Shown: positions 30,269-40,609 of the stretch, in pieces
Layout: every line of letters starts with the position of its first letter
How positions within the stretch are numbered: position 1 is the stretch's first letter
NCBI GenBank assembly: GCA_002360635.1
Contig: DEQW01000003.1
Coordinates: 370,552 to 434,551, forward strand
DNA: 64,000 nt
Direction: 5' to 3'
Source of the DNA: Flavobacteriaceae bacterium UBA3356
GTDB lineage: Bacteria; Bacteroidota; Bacteroidia; Flavobacteriales; Flavobacteriaceae
Notes under the pieces: generated by a model
The model's input: only the letters and a program-made list of their open reading frames with translations
What the model was told of the DNA's origin: nothing
The model's database searches: none
Translations under genes and position numbers: made by a program

Positions 30269-30508
30269 TTGGCAAAAAAAGTACTTTTTTATGCAAAAGC
30301 ATAGGAGATTAACAATAAGCCACTTACCAAGTAGAACTTGTGTTAAATTAAAGAATAAATGTTTTGTGTGATATAATTAGGCTCCCCAGCTTTATAAAAA
30401 TTTAACTCTCTCAAAATTAACTATTTTTCCTACAAAATGTAGTAAAATACTTACAATTAGATGTAAAGGTTAAAAGTATCGATTAAGTGTAGCTATTTGT
30501 TTTCCGTG

Positions 30509-32224
30509 TCAAAAACCTTTTGCCGTATCGTCACCTCTTTTATCGGCACCGCCCTCTAATTTCCCATTTGGCAATACTAAAATACCGTCCACTTTGCCTA
30601 TAACAGGTGTTTCTTTCTTATTTATAATATAGTCTTTTGTCAACAAGCTATCCACCAATTTTTCTGAAAAACCCTCAGGTTCAAAAGTAATCTCGTCTGG
30701 AAACCATTGATGGTGAAAACGCGGAGCGTTGACTGCTTCCTGCATGTTCATGTTAAATGCCGACACATTTAAAATAGTTTGCAGTACCGAAGTGATAATT
30801 GTAGAGCCGCCCGGTGTTCCAACACTCATCCAAAGGCTATCGTTTTTTTCAACAATAGTTGGCGTCATCGAGCTTAACATTCGTTTTTGAGGTTCAATGG
30901 CGTTTGCTTCGCCACCAATTAAGCCAAACATATTGGGTTCTCCAGGTTTAGCACTAAAATCGTCCATTTCATTGTTTAGGAAAAACCCCAAATCTTTCAC
31001 ATATAATTTCGAACCATATGCAGCATTAAGCGTAGTGGTAACTGCAACTGCATTGCCTAATTGATCAACGATGGAATAATGTGTGGTTTCGGTACTTTCG
31101 TAGCCTTGCACGTTACCAGGATTTATTTCGGTTGAAGGGGTTGCAGCTTCAAAGGAAAAATTTTGCATTCTTTCTTTTGCATAGTTTTTTGATAGTAAGG
31201 AGTCTGTTGGGATGGTTACAAAATCGGGATCGCCCAAATAATGGCTTCTATCCGCATAGGCTCTGCGTTCGGCTTCGGTAAGTAGTTGAATGTATTTAGC
31301 CGAATTATGACCATAGGTTTCAATGGGATATGGTTCAATCATATTTAAAATTTGTCCCAATACAATTCCGCCACTCGATGGTGGTCCCATTGAAATCACT
31401 TTTAGGTCTTTGTATTGAAAAACAACAGGTTCTCGCCATTCAGCTTCATACGTTTCGAGGTCTTCCTCTGTGATAATCCCTCCTTTTTTCTGAATAAAAC
31501 CGGTCAATTTTTTTGCTGTTTCCCCTTCATAAAAACCTGCCCGCCCTTTTTTTATAATTCGCTGTAAAGTATTGGCAAGCGCTTCGTTTTTTAGTGTATC
31601 ACCAGCAAGATACTTTTTTGTATAGATGGACTCTTCGCCATTAACTTCTTTGAAAATGGGTCCGTATTCGTTGAACCGGTCTACTTGGTCTTCGGTCAAA
31701 GCAAAACCGGAATTAGCAAGGTCTATTACTGGTTGTAAAATAACTTCCATAGGTAAGGACCCCAGTTTTTCGTGAACGGCAAAAATTCCTGCAATCGTTC
31801 CAGGGACGCCAACCGCCAATCCTCCTGTTTTGCTTTGTTCTGTATTGTAAACCCCATTTTCGTCTAAATACATATCGCGACCAGCTGCTTTTGGCGCTCT
31901 CTCTCGGTAATCAATACTTCCTAGTTCGCCGTATTGGGTTCGATAGACTATAAAACCTCCACCGCCTAAATTTCCGGCATAGGGATAGGTTACGGCCAGT
32001 GCCATTTCTGTAGCAATCATTGCATCGAAAGCATTACCACCTTTTTTTAAAATTTCAACACCAATTTTTGAAGCTTCTTTGCGAGCCGACACAACCATTG
32101 CACTATCGGCAACTACTGGTTTTACAGGCTTTCTTTCAACTTTAAAGGACGTTTCCTTTATTTCAGGGACTTGTTTACAAGAAAGGATTAATAAAAATAA
32201 AAGAAGGTAGGGGAGTGCTTTCAT
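30509..32224 (-). CDS. ggt: gamma-glutamyltransferase (lipoprotein)
   Basis: Lipobox LILSC; GGNAFDA, ETTHYS (Thr nucleophile), LNNEMDDF, LSSMTPT, GTPGGS. Confidence 0.96.
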   Translation of the reverse strand: MKALPYLLLFLLILSCKQVPEIKETSFKVERKPVKPVVADSAMVVSARKEASKIGVEILKKGGNAFDAMIATEMALAVTYPYAGNLGGGGFIVYRTQYGELGSIDYRERAPKAAGRDMYLDENGVYNTEQSKTGGLAVGVPGTIAGIFAVHEKLGSLPMEVILQPVIDLANSGFALTEDQVDRFNEYGPIFKEVNGEESIYTKKYLAGDTLKNEALANTLQRIIKKGRAGFYEGETAKKLTGFIQKKGGIITEEDLETYEAEWREPVVFQYKDLKVISMGPPSSGGIVLGQILNMIEPYPIETYGHNSAKYIQLLTEAERRAYADRSHYLGDPDFVTIPTDSLLSKNYAKERMQNFSFEAATPSTEINPGNVQGYESTETTHYSIVDQLGNAVAVTTTLNAAYGSKLYVKDLGFFLNNEMDDFSAKPGEPNMFGLIGGEANAIEPQKRMLSSMTPTIVEKNDSLWMSVGTPGGSTIITSVLQTILNVSAFNMNMQEAVNAPRFHHQWFPDEITFEPEGFSEKLVDSLLTKDYIINKKETPVIGKVDGILVLPNGKLEGGADKRGDDTAKGF

Positions 32225-32805
32225 AGCTCTTTTAGTTTTTCTTCTGAAAAAATAATCAATTCATCAAAAAAAGAAGTGAACTCTGTTTCAAACTCAGTGT
32301 AATATTGTTCGAGCTCTAAAACAGCAAAATTCATCTTCGACTTTCCTTTGGTGCGAACGTTCATTTGGTCTAAAATTGTACTGATACCCCTAACGGTAGC
32401 ATAATTCAATAACCAATTATCTGCAATCATATAAGGCATCATTCGTTGAATTCGTGTTGGGAGTATAGTGAAATTATTCCGAAGCAAATCGTAAAAATTT
32501 TCTACATATTCATCTAACGGAAGCTCATGATATTGGTTCCAGTTTTTAGCTAAAAAATGATCGTATAAAATATCCACAATCACACCGCTGTAATGACTGT
32601 AATTTTTATGAAGCCTTGCTGTGCTTTGTTTTACAATTGGATGGCTGTCTGTGTATGTGTCTATTTCTCGGTGTAATAATATACCTTTTTGAATTTTAGG
32701 CGGAAACTTTTTATACTTTTTGCCTTTAATGCCATCGGCTATAAAGTTTCCTATAGTAATGCCTTCATCTTCACCGGAAAGATAGATATGTGCCAAAAAA
32801 TTCAT
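32221..32805 (-). CDS. acpH: acyl carrier protein phosphodiesterase
   Basis: MNFLAH, GNFIADG, HREID.YTD, DILYDHFLA. Confidence 0.92.
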   Translation of the reverse strand: MNFLAHIYLSGEDEGITIGNFIADGIKGKKYKKFPPKIQKGILLHREIDTYTDSHPIVKQSTARLHKNYSHYSGVIVDILYDHFLAKNWNQYHELPLDEYVENFYDLLRNNFTILPTRIQRMMPYMIADNWLLNYATVRGISTILDQMNVRTKGKSKMNFAVLELEQYYTEFETEFTSFFDELIIFSEEKLKEL

Positions 32806-32877
32806 CGGGACAATTTACAAAATCATGAGGTAGTAATGCGTTTTAAAAAAAGTATATTTGCTTAAAAATTTGAATTC

Positions 32878-34263
32878 ATGACATTGATAAAATCTATTTC
32901 GGGAATACGTGGAACCATTGGTGGTTCGCAAGGTGAAAATTTAACGCCAATAGATGCTGTAAAATATGCAGCAGCCTATGGGAGTTGGGTGAAAAAACAG
33001 CGGAAAAAAGATGAATATCGCGTGGTAGTAGGGCGTGATGCCCGTATTTCTGGGGAGATGGTACAACAATTAGTCATGAACACACTTGTAGGAATGGGGA
33101 TCCACGTGATTGACCTTAATTTATCGACCACACCAACCGTTGAAATGGCTGTAATGATGGAACACGCCGATGGCGGAATTATATTAACAGCAAGCCATAA
33201 CCCAAAACAATGGAATGCTTTAAAATTATTAAATAAAGACGGGGAATTTTTAAATGCTGAAGCCGGACAGGAAATCTTGAATATTGCTGAAGCTGAGAAC
33301 ATCAATTTTTCTGAAGTGGATGATTTGGGAAAAATTACTAAGAACGATGCTTATATAGATTTACATATTGATGAAATATTGGAATTACCCTTAGTAAATG
33401 CTAATGCTATAAAAAAGGCAAACCTTAAAGTGGTTGTGGACGGTGTAAACTCAACTGGAGGAATTGCGGTTCCAATGCTTCTTAAAGCGTTAGGTGTTCA
33501 AACTGTTGAGTTGTTTTGTGAGCCTACGGGCGAATTCCCACACAATCCAGAGCCTTTAAAAGAGCATCTGACCGACTTAATGAAAAAAGTGGTGGACGAA
33601 CACGCCGATTTTGGTATTGTGGTAGATCCCGATGTGGACAGATTAGCTTTTGTGGATGAAAAAGGTGAAATGTTTGGTGAAGAATATACCTTGGTTGCCG
33701 TTGCCGATTATGTTTTACAGCACAATCCTGGGAATACCGTTAGCAATATGTCATCTTCCCGTGCATTACGCGATGTGACCGAAAAGTATAACGGAACCTA
33801 TACAGCAAGCGCCGTTGGCGAAGTGAACGTAGTACAGAAAATGAAAGACACCAAAGCTATCATCGGTGGCGAAGGAAATGGCGGGATCATTTATCCTGAA
33901 TTGCATTACGGGAGAGACAGCTTGGTAGGTATTGCTTTATTTTTGAGCCATTTAGCCAAAGAAAAAATTGCAGTTAGCGAACTTAGAAAACGCTATCCAT
34001 CGTATTATATGAGCAAGAAAAAGATTGAATTAACGCCACAATTAGACGTTGATAAAATTCTGAAATCAATTGAAAGTAAATATGCTTCAGAAGAAATAAA
34101 CACAATCGATGGCGTTAAAATAGATTTTGCTGAAAATTGGGTACACCTTCGAAAATCGAACACTGAGCCTATTATCAGAATTTATACAGAAGGGCCATCT
34201 CAAAAAGACGCCGATGCGTTGGCAGAACGGTTTATTACGGAAATTAAGGCGATAGCGGGGTAG
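32878..34263 (+). CDS. glmM: phosphoglucosamine mutase
   Basis: SGIRG, TASHNP phosphoserine loop, DPDVDR metal loop; -7 TATATTTG at 32853-32860. Confidence 0.88.
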   Translation: MTLIKSISGIRGTIGGSQGENLTPIDAVKYAAAYGSWVKKQRKKDEYRVVVGRDARISGEMVQQLVMNTLVGMGIHVIDLNLSTTPTVEMAVMMEHADGGIILTASHNPKQWNALKLLNKDGEFLNAEAGQEILNIAEAENINFSEVDDLGKITKNDAYIDLHIDEILELPLVNANAIKKANLKVVVDGVNSTGGIAVPMLLKALGVQTVELFCEPTGEFPHNPEPLKEHLTDLMKKVVDEHADFGIVVDPDVDRLAFVDEKGEMFGEEYTLVAVADYVLQHNPGNTVSNMSSSRALRDVTEKYNGTYTASAVGEVNVVQKMKDTKAIIGGEGNGGIIYPELHYGRDSLVGIALFLSHLAKEKIAVSELRKRYPSYYMSKKKIELTPQLDVDKILKSIESKYASEEINTIDGVKIDFAENWVHLRKSNTEPIIRIYTEGPSQKDADALAERFITEIKAIAG

Positions 34264-34276
34264 GTTTTCTTAGCTT

Positions 34277-34312
34277 TGAGTTGATGAGTTGATGAGTTAA
34301 TGAGTTGATGAG
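34277..34312 (+). repeat. 8-bp tandem repeat (TGAGTTGA) x about 4.5
   Basis: tgagttga tgagttga tgagttaa tgagttga tgag. Confidence 0.85.
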
Positions 34313-34370
34313 ATTTGAGCTAGTGAGCATATAAACTTTAAAATCCAACTGCCAAACCGTAATTTAAGGA

Positions 34371-34516
34371 TGTCTGAGTGATTTTATGGTTAAAATAGAT
34401 GACTTGAAGTGGAAAACTTCATTTTCATAAAATTGTATCGAAGACAAACTGTAATACGGCTGGCGGTTGCTTCGATAAAATTCCGCAGAAAAAGCGGAAT
34501 CACCTACTCAAAAAGC
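34371..34516. repeat. two inverted hairpin elements sharing a GAGT...ATCGAAG internal loop (REP-like/Flavo-1-like candidate)
   Basis: 34371-34446 TGTCTGAGTGATTTTATG...CATAAAATTGTATCGAAGACA; 34469-34516 similar motif on minus strand. Confidence 0.55.
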
Positions 34517-34595
34517 AAGGCAAGCTGGCTCAGCCACCTTTTTCTGTAAATTGCACCTAAACCGTCATTCGTACCTCGAAAATCATACTTCGTTC

Positions 34596-35465
34596 TTACA
34601 ACCTGTGCTTCCAACGTTTGTGCGACCAGAGGTAAAACTCAGGTTGCTCTTTAATTTGCTTTTCAATCTCCGTTAAAAACATACGGGTGATTTCAAAATC
34701 GGGATGTTCTTTTGGGTTTTCGGTAAGCAGTTCAAAAGAAGTTTTGTAATAACCCCTTTTTACTTTTTTTACTTTTAAATACACAGCGGCAAAGTCCAGT
34801 CGCTTTGCTATTTCTTCAGTGCCAGTAAACACAGGTACATCAATACCCATAAACGTATCACGGTGTTTGTAAGCATTGCGTTTTGGGGTTTGGTCTGAAA
34901 GTATGAGCGTAACGGTTTCAATATTTCGTTTTGCCTCCCTAAACAATTGGGGTACAATTTTTTTATTACTTACAATATTTCCACCAAAACGTTCGCGGGT
35001 TCCTTTAACTAACGAGTCGAAATAAGGATTGTCTAGTTTTTTATAAACTGCATAGCATTTATAACTTGTTTTTTTGTTTAATATCCCGGTCCATTCCCAG
35101 TTGGCGTAATGACCGCTCATAAGCAAGGTGCTTTTACCTTTTGCTTTTAAATCTTCTAACAGTTCTAAATTTTCAAACTGAAAGCGCTTGCTTATTTCTT
35201 TATCAGAAATGGTAAGACTTTTTATGGTTTCAAAAATGACATCGCATAAATGTTTGTAAAATCCTTTTGTAATGCGGTTTATTTCCTCAGAAGAATACGC
35301 TGGGAAAACCAGTTTTAAGTTGTTTTTAACTACTTTTTTTCGGTAGCCAATTATATAATATGTAATTATGTACAGCACTGACGATTTGATGTACAACACC
35401 CACATAGGCAGGATGGAAACCAGCCAAAGTATGGGATACAGCAAATAATAAAGTAGCCGTTGCAT
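34596..35465 (-). CDS. lipid A biosynthesis acyltransferase (LpxL/HtrB family)
   Basis: GHYANWE, LSDQTP, WSHKRWK; ATG 35465 preferred. Confidence 0.9.
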   Translation of the reverse strand: MQRLLYYLLYPILWLVSILPMWVLYIKSSVLYIITYYIIGYRKKVVKNNLKLVFPAYSSEEINRITKGFYKHLCDVIFETIKSLTISDKEISKRFQFENLELLEDLKAKGKSTLLMSGHYANWEWTGILNKKTSYKCYAVYKKLDNPYFDSLVKGTRERFGGNIVSNKKIVPQLFREAKRNIETVTLILSDQTPKRNAYKHRDTFMGIDVPVFTGTEEIAKRLDFAAVYLKVKKVKRGYYKTSFELLTENPKEHPDFEITRMFLTEIEKQIKEQPEFYLWSHKRWKHRL

Positions 35466-35531
35466 AGGTAGATTTACCACAAAACTAACTAATTTTATTG
35501 CATAACAACCGTTTAATTTTATTGAAAAGAT

Positions 35532-36182
35532 ATGCCAGAACTCCACATTGCCACCATTATAATCATTGCAGCCAATGTAATTATCTCGTTAAAAGGCTTT
35601 AATGATTTTTCTTTTTTTGAAAAGTATAAATTCAACATTGCTGGAATTCGCCGAGGAGAACAAATACGAATGGTAACTTCAGGCTTTTTACATGTAGATT
35701 GGGCACATTTGTTTTTTAATATGTTTACCCTGTTCTTTTTTGCCAATGTGGTGATCAGTTCGGTTGGGGTAATCAAATTCGTACTAATATATTTGGCCAG
35801 TTTAATTGTCGGTAATTTACTGTCCTTCTTTTTTCATAAAGATGAGTACCATTACAGTGCTGTAGGGGCAAGTGGTGCTGTTACCGGGGTTTTATATTCG
35901 GCGATATTATTTTATCCAGATATGGGATTGTACCTGTTTTTTATCCCAATTGCCATACCCGCTTGGATTTTTGGTATCCTATACTTACTGTATTCCATCT
36001 ACGGAATGAAAAGTAGGTTAGGTAATATTGGTCACGATGCACACTTTGGCGGGGCTATTGCAGGGTATGTATTAACTATTGCCTTTGCACCTATCTTGTT
36101 GCAAACGCAATTATGGATCGTTGCCGTATTGGCCATTCCTATTATTTTATTATTTGTATTACATAAACTCGGAAAAATTTAA
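35532..36182 (+). CDS. rhomboid intramembrane serine protease
   Basis: HLFFNM, GASGA, HFGGAIAG. Confidence 0.93.
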   Translation: MPELHIATIIIIAANVIISLKGFNDFSFFEKYKFNIAGIRRGEQIRMVTSGFLHVDWAHLFFNMFTLFFFANVVISSVGVIKFVLIYLASLIVGNLLSFFFHKDEYHYSAVGASGAVTGVLYSAILFYPDMGLYLFFIPIAIPAWIFGILYLLYSIYGMKSRLGNIGHDAHFGGAIAGYVLTIAFAPILLQTQLWIVAVLAIPIILLFVLHKLGKI

Positions 36183-36193
36183 AAAAGAATATT

Positions 36194-36883
36194 ATGAAAA
36201 AAACAGTTCAAATTTTAGTTATTCTCTTAACAACCACGATGATGACACACGCTCAAAACACACAACAACCTACCGTATCGGTTACTGGAGAAGGTATTGT
36301 AAAAACCGTTCCAGATGAAGCTAACATAGATATTCGTGTAGAAAACACAGGTAAGGATGCCACCATAATTAAACAAGAAAATGACCGTACCGTTTCAAAA
36401 GTGCTTTCGTTTATCAAGAAAATGGGTATAGACGATAAAGATGTAAAAACACAATACATCAGGTTGAATAAAAACTACGACTATAACAGTAAAACGTATA
36501 ATTACAGCGCTAACCAGGCGATTTCAATTAAGTTGAAAGATCTTTCAAAATATGAAGATTTAATGAATGGCTTATTGCAGAGTGGTATTAACCGTATTGA
36601 TGGCGTTAGCTTCTCGGCTTCAAATGAAGACCAATTAAAATCACAAGCTAGAAAAAAAGCAGTTGAAAACGCTAAAATGAAGGCAGAAGAATATGCCGGT
36701 GTATTAAATCAAACCATTGGTAAAGCCGTGTTGATTAGTGAATTTCAACAACCTGATTATCCACAACCAAGAATGTATAAATCGGCTATGATGGAAGGGG
36801 ATGCTTCTGGTGGACAGCAACCAATAGCGCCAGGGGAAATTGAAATGAGAACTACTGTAAACGTTAGTTTTTTATTGAATTAA
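36194..36883 (+). CDS. SIMPL (DUF541) domain protein
   Basis: VSVTGEG...PDEA, AVENAKMKAEEYA, PIAPGEI. Confidence 0.9.
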   Translation: MKKTVQILVILLTTTMMTHAQNTQQPTVSVTGEGIVKTVPDEANIDIRVENTGKDATIIKQENDRTVSKVLSFIKKMGIDDKDVKTQYIRLNKNYDYNSKTYNYSANQAISIKLKDLSKYEDLMNGLLQSGINRIDGVSFSASNEDQLKSQARKKAVENAKMKAEEYAGVLNQTIGKAVLISEFQQPDYPQPRMYKSAMMEGDASGGQQPIAPGEIEMRTTVNVSFLLN

Positions 36884-36907
36884 CGATAAATAGCACGTAA
36901 ATAATTA

Positions 36908-36945
36908 AAAAAGCCTTGAAATGAATTTTCGTTTCAAGGCTTTTT
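36908..36945. terminator. bidirectional intrinsic terminator
   Basis: 14-bp perfect stem AAAAAGCCTTGAAA/TTTCAAGGCTTTTT between convergent genes. Confidence 0.9.
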
Positions 36946-36964
36946 CTTTTTTATAGCTGTAAGT

Positions 36965-38086
36965 TTATTCACTGCCTAGCAGTGATTCCATTTTGGCTCC
37001 TAGAGCTGGACCACGAAGATTTTTGTCTATTATCTTTCCATTTTCATCTAAAAGGAAGGTGGCTGGAATCGCTCTTACATTATACTGTCTTGCAATGGGA
37101 TCTTGCCAAAACTGAAGATTTGATACGTGATACCAATCCATATTGTCATCGGCGATAGCCTTTATCCATTTGTCTTTTTGTTTCTGGCGGTCTAAGGAAA
37201 CACTTATAATGTTTAGACCTTTGTCGTGGTACTTTTCATAAACTTTTACAACATTTGGGTTTTCAACTCTACAAGGTTTGCACCAAGAAGCCCAAAAATC
37301 GATAATCGTGTATTTTCCCATGGCTTCTTTTAAAGAAAGCATTTCGCCTTCTGGAGTAGGAGCGCTAAAGTTTGGCGCTATTGAGCCAATATCTGCTTTT
37401 CTAGCATTGGCAATCATTGCTTCAACCTGTGTTACAATAGGAGAGGACGAAACTTTTGGTGAAAGGTTATTTAAAACTTCACTAGCCTCTTCGGCAGTCA
37501 TTTCTTTACGAGTAAGCATTTCAGAAAGAAGCATTACCGAGAAGATTGAGTTTTTGTTACTTTTTATAAACTCTTTTTTAAACTTGGTTTCTTCTTTTGT
37601 TAAAGCCATATTCTCCTCCTGAATTTGCTTAATAGCTTCAACATCTCCATTTTGTTGAGCTGTTCTAAACGCTTTCATTTGAGCCTGCTTTTCTTCATTA
37701 ATGCTGCGCATTTCTTCAGAAAAAGAAGTAAAAGCTTCATTTTGCTTCCCTCCAGAAACAAAAGAAGAGCCGATACTGTCTTTGTAAAGCGTGGCTTTCA
37801 AATCTTCATTTTCAGGAAAATAAACAATATTTGCCTGAACACCTTCTACGTTAATATAATTAACAGAACTACTGTCACTTTTTGGGTAAGTACCTTCAAA
37901 AGTTCCGTTTGTAATACTAAGTGTATCGATTGCTTTTGGTTGGTTACTATCTTTAATGCTGTACACATATACTTTGGTGCCGTCGTCAAAATTCTTGGCA
38001 GTTCCTTGTAGCTTGTATGTATTGCTGTCTCCTGCACAGGAAATTAAAAGTGTTGCTGTAAGTAATGTAGCTAATAATCGTCTCAT
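36965..38086 (-). CDS. TlpA-family disulfide reductase lipoprotein (DUF4369 + thioredoxin)
   Basis: Lipobox LISC, DFWASWCKPC, IPATFLLD; ATG 38086; -7 TATTTTTG at 38107-38114. Confidence 0.92.
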   Translation of the reverse strand: MRRLLATLLTATLLISCAGDSNTYKLQGTAKNFDDGTKVYVYSIKDSNQPKAIDTLSITNGTFEGTYPKSDSSSVNYINVEGVQANIVYFPENEDLKATLYKDSIGSSFVSGGKQNEAFTSFSEEMRSINEEKQAQMKAFRTAQQNGDVEAIKQIQEENMALTKEETKFKKEFIKSNKNSIFSVMLLSEMLTRKEMTAEEASEVLNNLSPKVSSSPIVTQVEAMIANARKADIGSIAPNFSAPTPEGEMLSLKEAMGKYTIIDFWASWCKPCRVENPNVVKVYEKYHDKGLNIISVSLDRQKQKDKWIKAIADDNMDWYHVSNLQFWQDPIARQYNVRAIPATFLLDENGKIIDKNLRGPALGAKMESLLGSE

Positions 38087-38230
38087 AATAGGTATATTTG
38101 TAAACGCAAAAATAACAGTATTTGTTTCTGAAAAAAAATGCAACTCTCAAATTATTGTTAATTTGTTAAAACGATTTATTTTTTAGAAATAAAATTATAC
38201 TTTACAATAAAATAACAAGTAGGTAATTAG

Positions 38231-40609
38231 TTGATAATGAAAACACAAAACGGTGAATTTCCTTTAAAGGTACAAGTGAGCTTTAGTAAGCTTTTTAATA
38301 AGTATCGTGCGCAACTGGATGCTCCTCAAGAAATGATTAGGGAGCGTGCAAAAGCTGTTTTGGAAATAGCCGAACAATATCCTATCCTAGAAAAAGGGAT
38401 TACAACCAAGGCTCAATTTGAAAAGTACGATGAGCAAATCGATATTGTTTTGGACGAGTTATTTTCTTCTATTTTACAAGAAAATGAAATAAAACTGGCC
38501 ACAGTTCCTTTTCAGGAGTTTGTTTTCAAATCATCTAAACGATATAAAAACATTATTGCGGCAGCAGGAGAGGAATTTATACCACAACTTGCCAATTTTG
38601 ATGATGACTACACTTATATAATGAGCTGTAGCATTATTTTAAATGTACATTATGGGTATAACGTGGATTTTAAACGTCCGTTGCATTACACAATACCAGA
38701 TGCCGATGGTGTAAATCATACCTATCGTACTTTATATAATGGAGATTTTGTTGACCTAATACCAACTGATAAGGCGGTTGATATTACAGATGCAGATGTT
38801 GAAGAGCTGTTGGACGGTTTTGATAATATTGCACTGTGGAAAGAAAAATTTCCGCCCGGAAGTTGGATTTTTAAAGGCTTTGTAATTGCCAATATGTTCG
38901 ATGTTACCTTAGATGCATCTATTTCGGACTTTAAATCCAATTTATTACGTAATAATCCCGAAACTGAAGATAACACTAAAACGTTTGAATCTATCTTCAA
39001 ATCTATTTTTCAACTTCAGGAACTTAAAATTGGTTTTTCAGAATTTAATGAAGAAGATCAATTGTTCGAAAAATTTATCTTTAAGAATATCGACAGCTTC
39101 ATATTAAATGAAAAAGACAAACAGAATTGCCAAACAGCGCTTTGTGACGCATCGTATTACAAACTTTTTAAACAAAAAGAGTTTTATTGTATATCGAACG
39201 TGCCAAAATACCATAAGCTGTACCCCGATAATATTTTATATAAAAAACTGTTGGATCAAGGCATTAAAAGTGCCATTTTAGCATCTATTGTAAATAAAGA
39301 AAACAAAGTATTGGGGATTTTAGAATTAGTATCTCCTAATATTAACGACCTTAACTCTATAAACGCCAACAAGCTACATACAATTATGCCCTTCTTGGTA
39401 GATTCAGTAGTTCGTGGAAAAAAACAAATTGAGAACAAACTCGAGTTAATCATTCAAGAAGAATGTACGTCCTTGCACCCCAGTGTACATTGGAAATTTA
39501 GAAAAGAAGCTAAACGTTACTTAAACTCCATCTCACAAGGGAACCCTACGTACTTTAAAGAAATTATTTTTGAAGACGTACACCCACTATACGGTCAAAT
39601 TGACGTTAAAGGTTCTTCGGAAGCAAGGAATAATGCGACTATAAAAGACTTAATACTTCAACTGAAACAAATTAAGGAAATAATCAAGAAAATAAATAAC
39701 CTTGAACCACTTCCTATTTATGAACATTTAGAGTTTAGAATAACAAACTATCTTACAGATCTTAAAGAAGGCTTGCAAGTAGATAGCGAGCGTCAAGTGC
39801 TTAAGTTTTTGAGAACAGAAATAGTTCCTTTATTTAAGCATTTAGGTACTAAAAATGAAAATTTAAAGAATTTAATAAAAAACTATAACGAACAGGTAGA
39901 TGAAAATAGCGGTTTAATTTATAAGTACCGTAAGGACTATGATGATGCTGTAATGATCATCAATAAGCGTATGGCTTCAATTATTGATAAAAAACAAATT
40001 GAAGCTCAAAAAATGTATCCGCATTATTTTGAACGTTTTAAAACCGATGGAGTAGAGCACAACTTATATATTGGCGAAGCCATCACCAAAAATAAAAATT
40101 TCAATAAAGTTTATCTGTATAACTTGAGATTATGGCAATTACAGGTAATGTGCGAAATGGAAAACAATTACTACAAGCTTAAAGAGCAATTGCCCATGCA
40201 ATTAAATGTAGCTTCTATGATCTTGGCTTTTAATGGTTCTTTGTCACTTCGGTTTAGAATGGACGAAAAACGCTTTGATGTAGACGGAACTTACAATGCA
40301 CGTTATGAGGTTGTGAAAAAACGGGTTGATAAGGCAAACATTAAAGGAACTGAGGAGCGTGTTACGCAAGAAGGTAAAATTGTCATTATTTATTCTCAAA
40401 GAGAAGATGAAAAAGAGTATTTAAAGTATATTTCATTCCTTCAACACAAAAAACAGCTAGATAAAGATGTTGATATTGTAGAACTTGAAGATCTACAAGG
40501 TGTTACAGGTTTAAAAGCCATACGTGTAAGTGTTCTTTACTCTAAAGACAAGGACAATAAAAAAGAATACTATACTTACAACGATTTAATTACTGAAATC
40601 AATAATTAA
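38231..40609 (+). CDS. GAF-domain protein with C-terminal class III nucleotidyl-cyclase-like motifs
   Basis: GAF signature GIKSAILASI...VLGILELVS; IDVKGSS (D458), FKTDGV (D606), KRFDVDGTYNARYE; cyclase call is an inference. Confidence 0.75.
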   Translation: MIMKTQNGEFPLKVQVSFSKLFNKYRAQLDAPQEMIRERAKAVLEIAEQYPILEKGITTKAQFEKYDEQIDIVLDELFSSILQENEIKLATVPFQEFVFKSSKRYKNIIAAAGEEFIPQLANFDDDYTYIMSCSIILNVHYGYNVDFKRPLHYTIPDADGVNHTYRTLYNGDFVDLIPTDKAVDITDADVEELLDGFDNIALWKEKFPPGSWIFKGFVIANMFDVTLDASISDFKSNLLRNNPETEDNTKTFESIFKSIFQLQELKIGFSEFNEEDQLFEKFIFKNIDSFILNEKDKQNCQTALCDASYYKLFKQKEFYCISNVPKYHKLYPDNILYKKLLDQGIKSAILASIVNKENKVLGILELVSPNINDLNSINANKLHTIMPFLVDSVVRGKKQIENKLELIIQEECTSLHPSVHWKFRKEAKRYLNSISQGNPTYFKEIIFEDVHPLYGQIDVKGSSEARNNATIKDLILQLKQIKEIIKKINNLEPLPIYEHLEFRITNYLTDLKEGLQVDSERQVLKFLRTEIVPLFKHLGTKNENLKNLIKNYNEQVDENSGLIYKYRKDYDDAVMIINKRMASIIDKKQIEAQKMYPHYFERFKTDGVEHNLYIGEAITKNKNFNKVYLYNLRLWQLQVMCEMENNYYKLKEQLPMQLNVASMILAFNGSLSLRFRMDEKRFDVDGTYNARYEVVKKRVDKANIKGTEERVTQEGKIVIIYSQREDEKEYLKYISFLQHKKQLDKDVDIVELEDLQGVTGLKAIRVSVLYSKDKDNKKEYYTYNDLITEINN

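Noticed and set aside
9835-32224. gshB-like gene and ggt as a glutathione cluster
   Set aside because: About 20 kb apart with unrelated genes between; no gshA seen.
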